This document shows positions 13,678 through 26,275 of a stretch of 64,000 bases of DNA, in pieces. The stretch's first letter is position 1, and every line of letters begins with the position of its first letter. The notes beneath the pieces are model-generated. The model did no database searches. It saw only the letters and a program-made list of their open reading frames with translations, and was not told where the DNA came from. The DNA is from Camelus dromedarius. Its lineage: Eukaryota. The DNA is taken from contig NC_087437.1 of NCBI RefSeq assembly GCF_036321535.1, positions 62,188,001 through 62,252,000 on the forward strand, written 5' to 3'. The translations under genes were made by a program, and so were the position numbers.

Positions 13678-14147
13678 TGTCAACTGAAATAAATGCGCAG
13701 CCTGAAAGTTGAGACCTTATGTTTTATTTGGCGGGAGGACTCGAGCCGGGAACTGGGATGATAGTCTCTCAGATGGCTCTGAGGGACTGCTCTAAAGAAG
13801 TAGGGGAGGAGCCAGGATATACAGGAGCTTAACAACAAACACCAGGTAGTTGGAACAATAAAAGATTACCTGTTTTCTAAAGAAAACCAGGCATCTCCAG
13901 TTAAAAGAATTTAGTGCTTTTCTATGTATGGGAGGAAGCACACATTTGGGCTCATTGAATTCATTCCTTTGACAAGCACCTAGCTGTCTAGGGCCAGTAT
14001 CCTGTCCTTTATTATTCTGAGCCCCCTCAGAGTGCACCATTGTGAGTGGCCGCAGAGGTTGGGCTGCAGGCTTGTCTTCACTGGGGGAAGTCGATGGTTT
14101 CAACATTCTTTGTTTACTGATATGGTTTGCAGTATTTTTCATTCACA
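13678..14147 (-). mobile_element. Solo ERV1 LTR, MER41-like, full length (470 bp)
   Basis: TG...CA termini; perfect 4-bp TSD CAAC (13674-13677 and 14148-14151); AATAAA on the minus strand near 13723; internal sequence resembles MER41. Confidence 0.85.
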
Positions 14148-15765
14148 CAACCTTCAGAAAGAGAAGGGTTCTGAAAAACCATGTGGTATCTGCTACTGGG
14201 AGCATGCTCTGCATCACTTGGGTGCTCATTTAGAACGCAGAATCTTGGCCCATCCCAGATGGACGGAGTCAGAATTTGCTTTTCGAAGGGGAAAGTGCTC
14301 ACCTACAGTCCCACAGCGGGTCTGTGGCAGAAGCAGGGTGTGAAGGCAGGGGTCCTGACCCTTGGTCCTGTCACAGTTCTCCCTTTCTCCCAGAGATCTT
14401 CAGGGCCTCAGGCTCCACCCCAGGGAGGAGGAGAACAGCCCGGACCTCTCCTAAGCTGTGCTCTTTGAGCTTAGTTTGGGTGCATCCTTCCTTCTTGTGA
14501 CTGTGGCTGCCTCACCCACTGTAGCTCCCAGGACCTCACGCCAAAGCCCAGGGGAGGAAAGCCCCGCTGAGCAGCCCAGGCAGCCGGGGCGTGCTGGGTC
14601 TCACTGCCCGTCTGTGCCCACGTCAGACTATCTGGGCTTGGGCCGTAACTGAGTGCAGGGCTGCGTGGGCAGGAGCTCTGTGAGGCTGCAGTGGCAAGAT
14701 GGGGCCCTGGGCACGCCTTTCTTCTCTTTGTCACCGACCTCTCTTTGTTGATTTCAGACTTGTTGCCCTCTCCGCCAAGCTGCAGGTGTCTGTCCCCATG
14801 AGACAGAATCCCAGAGTGGCTGAAGTGGTGACCAGCGCTGGGCAGACCATCCTGGGTTCCCGTCGGGCTCCACTGAGGAGGGGGTCCTCAGGAGGAGCCA
14901 CGTCCAGTGCGATGCTTGGTGCACCATCTGTACTTCCCTTACTGCACACCCTACTGTACTTCCTCCTCCTCTGGGGATGCTCAGTGAGCTCTTGGTGGCC
15001 TTCTCTTGCCCTCCCCACCCCCAGGCGTTGTTTTGGTCTGTGTGTCCCTTCCCAGAACCTCGGCCTCTCCTTTCCTTTTCCTTGCAGAGCGGCTCTTCCT
15101 GTGATCGGTCAGGCCCCAGGCCGCCCTTTGGGTCTGGGCAGTGTGCCCCTCCCGCCTTCCTCTCTCCCGGGCCCTCCCTCTGCTCTTTCTATTCCTGGTT
15201 GGACCAGCCTCTCCCATTGTCTGTTCCCAGGAAAGGGCTGTCTCGCTGGTCGAGGGGTGGGGGACCCGAGCCAAGAAGAAATCCAGGCCCGGAAGCCCGC
15301 CGCCCCGCCTGGAGCCGCAGCTCGCAGAGGGGTGGCAGGGCCCACAGTGCCAGCGTCATTTTTAGAAATCTCGCTTTCTAAGTTAGTCAGCGGTCGCAAT
15401 CCGACACCCACATGCGGGGGCTGATGGCTTCCCAACAGCCTCTTCTAAATTCAGCAGACCCCAGAGACAGAGTTGGCTGGGGGTGGGGACACCACAGGTG
15501 CCACATAGAGCTTCCCAGCAGCCACCTTCCCAGAGGGTGTGGGGCCCAGCCCAGCCCTGAGGGAGCTGCGCTTTGTCACAACTTGTGACCAGGGCTGACC
15601 CCTTTGGCCCAGGCAAGGTAGGTGGGGTCCCATGACATTCTTTGGGCGCAGACTCGGGCCCTGCAGAACAACAGCACCACTGGTGGCACACCAAGAAGCC
15701 ACGTTACCTGAGTGTTGAGAGGAAGGGCTAAGCCTTCGAGTATCTTCCCTCTGCCTGTTTTAGCT

Positions 15766-15791
15766 TGTGTGTGTGTGTGTGTGTGTGTGTG
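15766..15791. repeat. (TG)13 microsatellite
   Basis: Read directly from the sequence. Confidence 0.97.
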
Positions 15792-17662
15792 ATTTGTTTT
15801 CTCTCCTCACCCTGTTCTATCTTTGTTCTTCCTAAAAGCTCATAGCTCAAATGGGACCAAGGTATTTTTTTCCCTGTGGATACAGAAACAGACGTTCAGG
15901 TCAAATCCAGATACAGTCACACGCAGCAGGTGCAGGCGCTGGGCACCCCAGGCTTCTCAGAGATGGAGGACATCGGGTGAGAGCACCCCAACCCCCTCGG
16001 GTTGCCAGCAGAGTCGCTGAAAGGTTCAAGAGGCAAAGAAAAAGCTTTAGAAATCTCTGGGGAAACAACTCAGGATGAATTACAGGGAGACAGTGTGATA
16101 GATGGAAAACCCCAGACAGACCTGGGGTCCAGGCTGGGCTCTGTCTCTTTCCAGCTATGCACAACCCCCCATGGTGAATGTGGCATTCCATACGGAGACC
16201 CCCCTGCCTGCCCCCCACGGTTGGAGAAGGGGGGAGATGCTGTGATCTCTGGGCATGTTTTGTGGGGTTGAAGGAAACCTGGGCTGTGTGTGTCTCTCTG
16301 CTGGGGATCTGGGGACCAGCCTCCTGGAGTTGAGGCAAGGGCTGTGATACAGGCAGATCTGCTGTGTGATTTTGGACAAGCTTCTTCATCTTCATGATCC
16401 TGGTTTCCTTACCTCGGATCTTGCAGTGTAGTTGTGAGGATCAAGGATGACATTGTAAAGGACTTGGTGCCCAGTGACTGGCATGTCGGAGGTGCTCAGT
16501 AAATGGCCGTTTGTCATTATGTTGAGAAGAGAGTTGCCCAGGATGCCCCTGGGGGACTTACACCCTTCCCCTGTACACAGAGACCCCTCCTTGTGTGGCA
16601 GGGAATACAGCAGGAAAACATTGGCCCCGTCCACTCTGAGGCAGGGTGTGGTGGCAGTCAAGGCTTGGGACATGGTAGGTACCTGCAGAGCCTGGCAGAA
16701 GTCTCGGGTGCAGAGGCAACCCCTAAAGTAGAGGTCCTGAGCCTCGTGGTCCATTTTCCCTTTGGAATCTTCAAGGAACCCCCCAGATGGTATCAAAGTG
16801 TGCTTTCATCAGATTCTCAAAAGGGCCCATGACTAGAAGAATTAAGAACCTTTGTTCCAGATACCAGCAAATGAGGCAGGAAAACCCGCTGTGAGAGGCC
16901 ATGGCAGGTGGTGTCTGCTCAGCCCTGCACTCTGGAGCAGCTGACCTCACCCTGTGCCTCAGATAGCAGGTGCCAGCCAGCCGGAGACACCAGTGCCTGA
17001 CCTGGGCACCCCTCTACATGAGCTCAAGGTGCAGCTGGACCGCAGATGAGGGGTGTGGGAGAGACTGGGGCCCCGGGAGTCGGATTGAGGGCCAGTGCGC
17101 CACGCCCCTGTGGGAGCCAGCTCAGGACTGGGGAGTCTGACATGGTGGAGGGATGTCAGGTGGGCAGAAGTCCTAAGGGACCGGGAAGGTAGGGGCAGAG
17201 GAATGAGACAGGTCTACCGTGCGAGCCCAGGGCTCCTTCTCATCCACTGGAACGTGGCACACGGGAAGGGTGGGCCCTGGGGTCCGCCCCAGCCTGAGTG
17301 GGCTTGGCCAGAAGAGTCATAAGGTCATAAAATGATCTCTCTGGGCCTTGAATTCCAGTTTGAGGGAAATCACTGCAGGATTTTACCTTGGAGCCTATTC
17401 AGAGACCTCAGGCTGTGGGCTGTGGGTGTTCCCTCTCTCTCTTCCAATTTCTTTTCTTTTTCTTTTCTTTCTTTGCTCCTTATTTTATTTCCCCTATCTT
17501 ATGTTTTTCTCATAAACCACTTAAATCATTTTGAAAAGCAGGGAGAGTATAAATGGAAATTAAAAAAAAAGAAATGATACTCGTTTATAGAAAAGCTTTC
17601 TGGAGAAAGTAGGCTTTTGGCTGTGGTATATTTTGTTTGTTTTTCTAAAAAATATTTAAACA

Positions 17663-17745
17663 TTTTTTAAATTGAAGTATAGTTGATTTACAATGTTGTG
17701 TTTCAAGTGTACAGCAAAGTGATTCAGTTATATATATATATTTAA
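17663..17745 (-). mobile_element. Very short, 5'-truncated artiodactyl-type L1 3' end
   Basis: 'ttgaagtatagttgatttacaatgttgtgtttcaagtgtacagcaaagtgattcagtta', homologous to the copy starting at 53858. Confidence 0.75.
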
Positions 17746-20079
17746 AAGATTTTTTTTTATAATAAGTCAATTATATATTAAAGACAAGGTGGAAAATTTG
17801 TAAACATAAAAAAAGAAAGGAAAAGAAATTGCCCATAATTGTATTGGATGGACAACCACAATTAGTATTTTGGTATGTTTGCTTCTAGTCTTTTTGAAGA
17901 CTATTTTTCTAGTCTACTTGAATGTATGCATTCAAACTTTTTTTTTACCCTATAAATGGTATACAGTTTTCTTATTTAACATATATCATATGTAACATGG
18001 ACAGTTTTCTGTGGAGCTAAAAACTCTTTATAAGCATTTAAAATACCTCAGCCTTTCAGAGATGGACATTTAGGACCGCTCCCCCCCTTTATTATTCACA
18101 TTATTGTAGGTGACACATTGACAAATATCTTTGTCCACTAAGTTCTCAAAGTTAAGGTTATTTCCTTGAGAACGATTCAGAACTGGACTTGAGGGGAGAG
18201 GGCCGGGCTCAGTGGTTGTCTGTGTGAGCATGAGCTTGTGAACATGTGAGGGCTGCGTCTGTGGTCACCTGCAGAGAAGGGGACCAAGGCGGGTGTCCTC
18301 CCCAGGTGCCCCCACCCCGAGTGAGCCAAGTGACGGAGTCATCCCCTCAGTCTGTGGATCTCGTTGGTGGGATGGAGGGAGAGAAAAGGCTTCCCAGTGA
18401 CTCATCTACGGCGCCTGAAATCCCTCTGACCCTTCAGACTGACCAGGGCCACGCCCTTCAGGCCTGGTGACCAAATACCCGCCCGTGTCAGGGAGGCCCA
18501 GGGACTGCCACGATCAGGGAGCCTGATGAGGTGTTTACGTCCTGCTCGCTGGCCTGCCCAGCGCACGGCCCTGCCATCAGATGTGCTCAGACCTGCGCCT
18601 CATCCAGCTTGGCCGAGCCCTGTGCCAAGCAGGCTGGGCCGGTGTTCTCCTCAGAAAGTCTAGTCAGTGGGGTCAGCCAGCGGATAAACTGAAGTTAACT
18701 TAGCTATTATTGCTCTTTTGTTAATGAGGGGAGGACCAGCTGTGAAGATGCCAAACCACTCGGAAATGTTGCACCGTGCTTGGGATTTAATGTCCCAGGA
18801 CAAATGCCGTGTTCAGGAGAAAGAGAGCGACTGGCAACGAGTTTTAAGTCCTGATTGGACTCCCAAGGGTCCCTTGTGCTTCACTGAGCTTTCATTTTTT
18901 ACTATTTTTTTTGAAAAATATTTTTCCAATGAAGAGATGAATCTTGGAAGCTGTGAAAAGTGCGGCTCAATCTCATTGGGCTCATCCGCGAGCCAGAGCT
19001 CTTTTGTGGATGGAAGCTCAGGGTGAAGTTAAGCCCTGAATTAGGTGGAGGACAGGCCGGCAGGAGATGTCACCGCAGCCCTAGGAGTCAGCTCCAGAGG
19101 GATGGCTGAGTCCTCATCCTGTGTGATTGCAGGACTGGCTTCTCTTGGATTAGAGTTCATAGCAGCAAACCAACCCATTCTCGGAGGTGAGATGAAAAGC
19201 AGAGGCTGGATACCCCGGGTGTTCTGAGCCCAAGAACACCTGACCTGTATCTGAAAATTCCACAGTCCACAGATGCTGTTCAGGGTGACCTCCTTTGATG
19301 GAGAAGCAAAGTGTGTGTGGGATTGAAGCCTCTTCAAAAATGTCATCTAAGGCCATGTAAAAAATGTTGAGAATGCTTTGAAGAAATTGGATCTGAGATG
19401 TTCCTGCTATAAAGTAGTCTGGAACAAGTCAGACTGAAAGCACGGAAGTGAGAGACCCAAGAGCAAGATTCTCTCAGGGTGACCCATATTTGCACCCTGC
19501 CTGTCGTGTGCCAGACACAGTGTGTGACCATGGGGGACAAAGATCTGTAAGACTGGATCTCTTGCCCTAAGGAGTCTGGTTGGGGAAAGACCTCATATGA
19601 TTGGTCCTGGAGGGCACTTAAAATGAGGAATCGATTCTGACTGGGGAGTTCATGCAAAGCCCAAAGGAAGCAGCATTTGAGATGGGCTTGAAGAATGAGC
19701 ACCGCATTGATGCTTAGAGACATAGGGATGGATATTGGCATTGCTCTCGGGCAGGCTCGTCTGTGTGTGGCGAGGTAGTGGCAGAGGATGAATAGGAAAT
19801 TGTGGGCTATTGCCAAGCTGTGGAGGGCTTTCATATTCATCTTAAGGAGTTTGGACTTCATTCTGGGGCTAATGGGGATCCATGGGAAGGTTTTTGAGCA
19901 GGCAGGTAACTTAATTTTTTAAATCAAGAGGAAACACATCAGTACATGCTCATTGAAAGATTTCAGCTATACTGGTCTATGAGCAAAAAATGAAAATGCT
20001 CCCCTTCCCAGAGGTAACTACTATTCTCCTTTATGTCATTTTATTTACCTATAGCTGTAGATACAGACAAACGAAAGTT

Positions 20080-20185
20080 GGAGGAGGGAGGGTATAGATC
20101 AGTGGTATATTGCACACTTAGCATGCATGAGGTCCTGGGTTCAATCCCCAGTATCTCCATTAAACAAATAGATAGATAGATACAC
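20080..20185 (+). mobile_element. tRNA-Ala-derived SINE (Vic-1-like, camelid)
   Basis: tRNA-Ala(AGC)-like head with B-box GGTTCAATCC and an A-rich tail; homologous to the copies at 28267 and 60675. Confidence 0.85.
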
Positions 20186-20385
20186 AAAAGTCAAGCCCCG
20201 GAAGTGGGAAGGGATATGGTTCTGTCACCTGTGTTCTCTCTCCCCTCCCTCCACCAGGCTCACACACACACAGTCATACCTACCTTTTACTATTTCAAGT
20301 TACATAAGATAGGACTTGTAGTCCAGGGAAGCCTGTACTGTGTCTTATCACGTGGCTCATTTTGCTTTCCTTTGTGTTATTTCAG

Positions 20386-20499
20386 AACATGGTTTTATTG
20401 GCTATTCACCAGAGCTGCTGCAGAACAACAGTCTGCCAGAGTACAGTCCCGGAGAGTCCTTTTTCACTGTCTTCGGGGTGTTCTTCCCGGCAGCTACAG
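20386..20499 (+). CDS. SLC12A8: SLC12A8 internal coding exon (~exon 6), 114 nt, phase 1/1
   Basis: Acceptor ttatttcag| and donor ACAG|gtattg. Encodes (E)[37 protein letters not shown](G), recognised as SLC12A8; includes the CCC TM6 'FFPAATG' motif. Confidence 0.97.
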
Positions 20500-21224
20500 G
20501 TATTGGCGTTGCCATTCCTTTTCACTCTCTCTCATGTTAGGGGTGTGAACACTTGCTTCCCCAGACTCAGTATGGATGGCCTTAGCTTTAACTAGAAACA
20601 TACTATTTTAATAGATGGTTTACTTGTTCATAATTCCTGAAGGCCCCAAGATGATTTAATCCTCCTTACCCCTTATACTTATATATCGACACCTCTTGGC
20701 CAAGTCAGTAGAGGGGACATATTTTTCTTGGGGCTGAACAGATTGGATCCCTCGACAGGACAAGCTGCCCTTCCCACCCTGGAAAGAGTGCAGATTTGGT
20801 CTAGAAATTCCTTTTCTCTTACCCCAACCCATGTGTCTTTTCCTAGGAGGCAGAGAAATATTACTGTCTTCTTACCACACTGGGTTTGGGTGAAGCCAGG
20901 ATCCCATAGACCATGACTGACTCTCCTCCACCTGCCTTCCCCATTTCCCACTCTACGGTGGCTGGAGAGGAGCCTTCCCAGCTGAGGTCCATGTAGAAGT
21001 CTTGTCTCATGCTTGGGGCCCCGGCCTGGAAGGCAGTCAGCTAACATTTTGACTAGATGCTCTGCAGGAAATAACCATTTGGAGGGACAGGACTTGTGCC
21101 CAGGGCACAGACTCCGAAAAACATTTCATCCTTGATCAAGACAGTGTCAGTGCCCTGGAATGCGGCTGATTTTGTCTCCTTATCCTGCCTTCCTTAATAG
21201 AGAGGAGAAGTTACTAGAATATTG

Positions 21225-21912
21225 AAAAATTTGAAAACTGTCCATATCAAATGTTGGCAAGGATGCAGAGAAACTGGAACTCACATGCATTGATGAGGGG
21301 AACATAAAATGGTACAACCATTTTGGAAGACAGTTTGATGGTTTCTTAAAAATCGAACATACACCCAGCCATTCCACTCCTAATTATCTACCACCAAGAA
21401 ACAAAAGCATGTGTCCCTATAAAGACTTGTACATGAAAGTTCAAATCAACTTAATCTGTAAGAGTTCCAAACCAGAAACAACTCAAATGTTCATGAACAG
21501 GTGAATGGAGAGATAAATTATGGTACCAATACCATACAATGTAAAACTACTCAGCAGTTAGAAAACACGAGCTGTTGATGACATGTGCCGATATAGTGAC
21601 TCTCAAAGTAGTTATGCTGTGTGAAAGAAGTCACACCAGAAAGAGTATCTTTTTGAAAAGAGGACATTATATAAAAATCCATTTATATAAAAATTCTAGA
21701 AAATGAAAACTACACTGATAGAGAACAGATCAGTGAAGGCCTGTGTGTACGGGTGAGGGGAGCAGGACGGAGGGGCAAGGAAATTTGGGGGGATGAAAAA
21801 ATGTGTTCCTGACTGTGATGATGGTCTCCCAGGTGTGTTCATGTCAAACTTTTCAGATCATTACACTTTAAACATATGCGGTCATACCTCAGTAAAACTG
21901 TTAAAATGAAAA
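21225..21912 (+). mobile_element. Old L1 (L1MC/MD-like) 3' end
   Basis: L1 ORF2 end/3'UTR motifs ('aaatgttggcaaggatgcagagaaactggaactc' ... 'atacctcagtaaaactgttaaaa'); same end type as the L1 ending near 63440. Confidence 0.8.
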
Positions 21913-21929
21913 AGAAATTTAACAACTTT

Positions 21930-22760
21930 AATCACCTTTAACGACTTTCCAGGCTCCCACTTCTCCAACAACATCCTATTTCTCTCCTCTCCGCAGCTGC
22001 TTCCCAGTCTTTGCGCTCCCAACTCTATTTCCCTGCCTCCCACACCGCATGCCCACTCTCTCCTTTGGAATTCCAAGTGTGTCTCTCCAATGAAACGGGT
22101 TCTTTCCAAAGTCACCCGTGACTTCCACCTTACTCAATTTAGCAGGCATTTAAAATTTCTGTGTGTTTGACCTCTCGGCCAGGTTCTATTTTCTCCCTTT
22201 CTCATGCTTTCTAGGGCACAACACCCTCCTCACCCCTCTATGGCCTCTCTGACTTGCTTTTCAAGGTGCATTTTCTTCTGCCTGCCCATCAAATGTTGGA
22301 GTTCTTCAGGCTGGGGTAGGCCCCCCTCTCTTCTTTCTCAACCATTTCCTTTGGCATCTCATCCACGCCCATTTTTCAGTGGCCACCTGCAAAGCTGACG
22401 ACTCCCAAATGTATGCTTTTAGCCCAGACTTCTCTAAGCTTCCTGCCATATAGTCATGTACCTCCATGACATCTTTTCTTGGGCATCTCAGACCCAATTT
22501 GTCCAGAACCCAACCCATCCCACCTACCCACCACCCCCACACACAACTGATTCTTCTTCTCTGCTAATTGCAGGAAATGGCACCTCTGTCCCCCAGCTGC
22601 TCATGCCAGTAATGGGAGTGGCTCATGACACCCTCCGCTTTCTCACCAGCACCCTCACCCCCTAAATTTATTTCCTTTACCTCCTGCTTCTCTCCATCTC
22701 TGCCACGTGGCCGCTCTGCTCCGCGCTTCATCTCCCAGGATAACTGCAGCGGCTGACCTG
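21930..22760 (+). mobile_element. L2 LINE ORF2 fragment
   Basis: Pyrimidine-rich L2-like body, including 'ccaaagtcacccgtgacttccacc' and 'gctgacgactcccaaatgtat' (ADDSQ RT-motif relic). Confidence 0.7.
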
Positions 22761-23331
22761 ACCCCTAGAGGCTTGCTCACGGGAATGGGGCTGGAGCCTC
22801 GGCAGTGGCAGGTAGAACCCTGTTCTACAAGTCTGGGTGTGCCAAAAATAGTGCATTTCTCTCATTTTAATGAAGTGGAAAGGGAGTCAGTCTCTGACTC
22901 TCAGCCTTCATTCTGCCAGGATGACTAAAAACTTATGTCGGTTTTTCGTCATGCCTCCGCCCTGCCCTGCCCTTCTGTTCCAGTGTCCTAGGGTCTTAGC
23001 AAGTAGCAGGGCGTGTGAGGGGGCTCCAGCCACTCATCACCTGTGCACAGAGTCGGGCCCTCCCGTCGTCCTGTCTGCAGATCCCTTCAGGCTCGTGCTC
23101 TCTGCCGTATCTGAGCCACTTTTAGGGACCAGAAATCTGCTGAGCCTGGGAACCCTGTGCTTAGAGTCTATGTACTTCTCAGACCTTCTTTTCTGGGGTC
23201 TTGCTGGCTCCCCACTAAAGCTGCCGGGGAGTAGGCCCCAGGCCCCTGTGGCTCCAGATCCCGTGGGCTGTTCTCTCCCTGCCCCAGCTCCAGGGGCCGT
23301 CTTCTTTTCTGACACAGGGGACACTGTTGTC

Positions 23332-23497
23332 GAGGGCCAGCCTTGTGGGCATGAATTTATGCATTTGCTTTGGGTTGCATTCTCGGGAGGGGCCCACACT
23401 TGGTTTAATGTGTTGCTGTTGCTAAAATTCTTAATAGTTTTCGAACAAGGGATCCTCTATTTTTATTTACACTGGGCCCTGCAAACGATGTAGCAAA
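23332..23497 (+). mobile_element. MER45A (hAT-Tip100 MITE)
   Basis: 'agggccagccttgtgggcatg...ggggcccacacttggtttaatg...cactgggccctgcaaacgatgtagc' matches the recalled MER45A consensus. Confidence 0.75.
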
Positions 23498-25246
23498 TTG
23501 GTTTCATCACCCCATCCTCTCCCTAGTCATTTGGCAGCTTCTTTTCTGCTTCCTCCATCCTCTGAACTTTCCTAAGAGCCCAAGATTTTGAGAAACAACC
23601 CAAAACTGACTGCAGGCAGATTCTGTTTCTTCCTTGTCACTTATTTCCTCTGAGGCAATAAAATAAAGGTCAAGTTCCTCTTGAATGGACAGAAAAGGAA
23701 AGGGGAAAATAAAATAGAGGAAAATTTTTAGAAGTTAACATCTGAAAATATTTTCCAGCCCCTCCCACTCCTCACCCCCTGACCCCCACCCGCATCCTCC
23801 TCCCCCCTCCCCGACACAAAGGGAGCACACGCGTTCAGGAAGCTTCCCATGTGAGCGATCGTTTCCTTGGGACTGGCAGTGAGCCCTGACGCCAAGTCAA
23901 GAACCAGTGGGTGCAAGTGCCAGGTTAGCTGTTGCGCCTGAGGCAGGGCTCTGGGCCTCCGAGGAGGGCAGCACCCCAGGAGGTTGCCTCAGCCATGTGA
24001 CCCTGCCAGGACCCTTCCAGGCTGCCCCCAGGGCTTCTCACCTTTGCCTTTGCAGGCACCGCATCTTAGGAAGAGAGGGGATGCCTGGTCTGAGAGGGGG
24101 ACGGGGTGGCGAGCCTCCACTCCGGTACCTCTCCCTCCAGAAAGGAATTAGCAGCAACCTGAAGTTTGAGGATGCCGCTCAGCAGCCCAGAGTTTGAGCA
24201 GGACTAACACTTGAGATCAGCTAGTCCAGAGACTCTCAATTTTTTGTCTTTTAATCCACATTTGCTTTGATAATCCTACTAAAAACCTGAAAATTCTAAT
24301 GTGCCTCCCTGGACCAGAGAGGGGTGACTTGATCCTTTCAGAAAGATTGCTACCTGAGAATATTAGTCAAGCTTTATTTTCTGTGGTTTAAATTGTGAAA
24401 ATATTGTTTCATAATATTCCAAATATAAAATCATAATATGAACAAACTACGCAGGCCTCTTGTACCCCGCTCCTCTGGGGGAATGTGTTTTCCTGTCCCT
24501 ACCCTCGCACTGGCCCAACCAAGTTGGGAATCACTGATCTGATCCTTTATTTGACCAACTGGGAAAGGAGGAGTGCAGAGTTGCTTATGCAGGGTTGCTG
24601 AAGGTCACCCAGCTGACTGGTGGCCCGGGGTGGGCCACCATCCTGCTGTGGAGGCTTGCCCTGCCAGTTCTCTCTGTTTTCCAGGGGGCCCCAGTGTAAA
24701 CACAGTAGGCAAGAAGAGCAGTTTGTATCACTTGGCTTTCCCCTGGCAGATGTTCCCTTAAGCTATGAAAAGCATGGATGATTGGCAGTTTCCATGGTGA
24801 TGGCTTTGCCAGGGATTAGCTCTGAGTGAGTCATGGCTGGGGCTTCCTGCAACGCCATCCTCTTCTGGAACCAGAGAACCTCCAGGCTGTAGAGAGGGGA
24901 GAGGACTTTGGAAGAACAAACACTTCCAGCCCCCCACACCCAGCATCCTCATCTTTGGCCAGTGACATGTTATTTAGGTTACTTTAGAGATTTTATCTTA
25001 AGGGCAGGAGGCTTCCTGGGAAGAGCAGCTGAAGTCTAGGTTTCGATGGCTCCTCTGGATTTATGAAGCAAGGTCTCCTGCCCCATCCTTCTTGCTGGGC
25101 TTCACCACACCCTGTGGTAGTGGCTGCAGGGAGGGGCTGGGGCCTTGGAGTAGACTCTGCACTTGCTTTATTTCTGAAAGCACATTCCTTCTCCAAGCTA
25201 CAACACCAAACTTTCCCTGAACAACAAATGTGTCTCCCTATAGGGT

Positions 25247-25279
25247 TCTCTCTCTCTCTCTCTCCCTCTCTCTCTCTCT

Positions 25280-25345
<66 letters not shown>
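25247..25345. repeat. Compound (TC)n-(AC)n microsatellite
   Basis: About 70 bp of interrupted TC repeat followed directly by about 14 AC units. Confidence 0.97.
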
Positions 25346-25349
<4 letters not shown>

Positions 25350-26127
25350 AGGGATCTGGGACCACAATACACGGAGGAACTAGGAAATGGAAATTCACTG
25401 GGAATAATACCATAGTGTGAAGTCATGTAACCCTTGTCTTCAAATCTCAAACTCTTACTGGAAGGGAAAGGGCCTCTTGTGGTTGACCACACCCAGCATA
25501 AAAATGTAGCAGGGAAACCAGCAGCCTTTACCAGAATGTCCACAGTACCTTTGTGGTCAAGAGCCCTGCTATTTCTGTGACAACCTTTGACCTCCCTGGG
25601 CCTGATTCCACTCCCCGCCCATCACACACACACACACACCCTGAGAAGCTCTGGAATCTGCTGGGCCCCTCTGGATTGGCTGGCTGTCTCCAGGACCCTC
25701 AGCTCTGGGCAACAGCGCTGGCCCTGCCTCCAGCCTATGTCCTGCGTTCCTCTTTTCCCAAGATATCCCCTAGCTCTCCTCTGAAGTTGTGTGTCTTGTG
25801 TGTAAGATAACAAGGACCTGCTGGGTCAGAACGGGGTCCTGGCTTAAGGGACAGAGAGCCCCAAGTAAGGACAACCTGAAGATGGGGCCCACCCCACTGC
25901 CTTCTGATGGACTTATGAGCAGGAACAGGAGAGAAGAAGGAATCTTTATAGTGATTATATGTTTATTTTTATAATTTCACTTATAGAATTAATTCATAAT
26001 TGTATCAAAATTATTATAATCTCTATAAGAATCATTATCACCACAAGAGCCTATGACACTGGGCACTGTGCTGAGCACTTTACAGCAGTCTTTCATTTAA
26101 ACCTCAGCGCGGCCCCACTGCTTCTAT

Positions 26128-26275
26128 CAGATGCAGATTTACCATGACGCTAGCGCAACCTGGTCTTCAGGGTCCTTCACTTGCATGACCTCCTTCTAAA
26201 ACCCTGGTCCCAATTTCACTTTTGTAACTTTGTACCCCCTTTTTAAAAGTTCCAGGCCCCATGGAATCTAGCTTC
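26128..26275 (+). mobile_element. MER53-like hAT MITE
   Basis: 'cagatttaccatgacgctag...cttcagggtccttcacttgcatg' resembles MER53. Confidence 0.55.

Noticed and set aside
14699..15424. 241-aa ORF and the many other 60-200 aa ORF-track entries
   Set aside because: No recognisable domains. They are overlapping frames typical of GC-rich intron, or translations of microsatellites and TEs.
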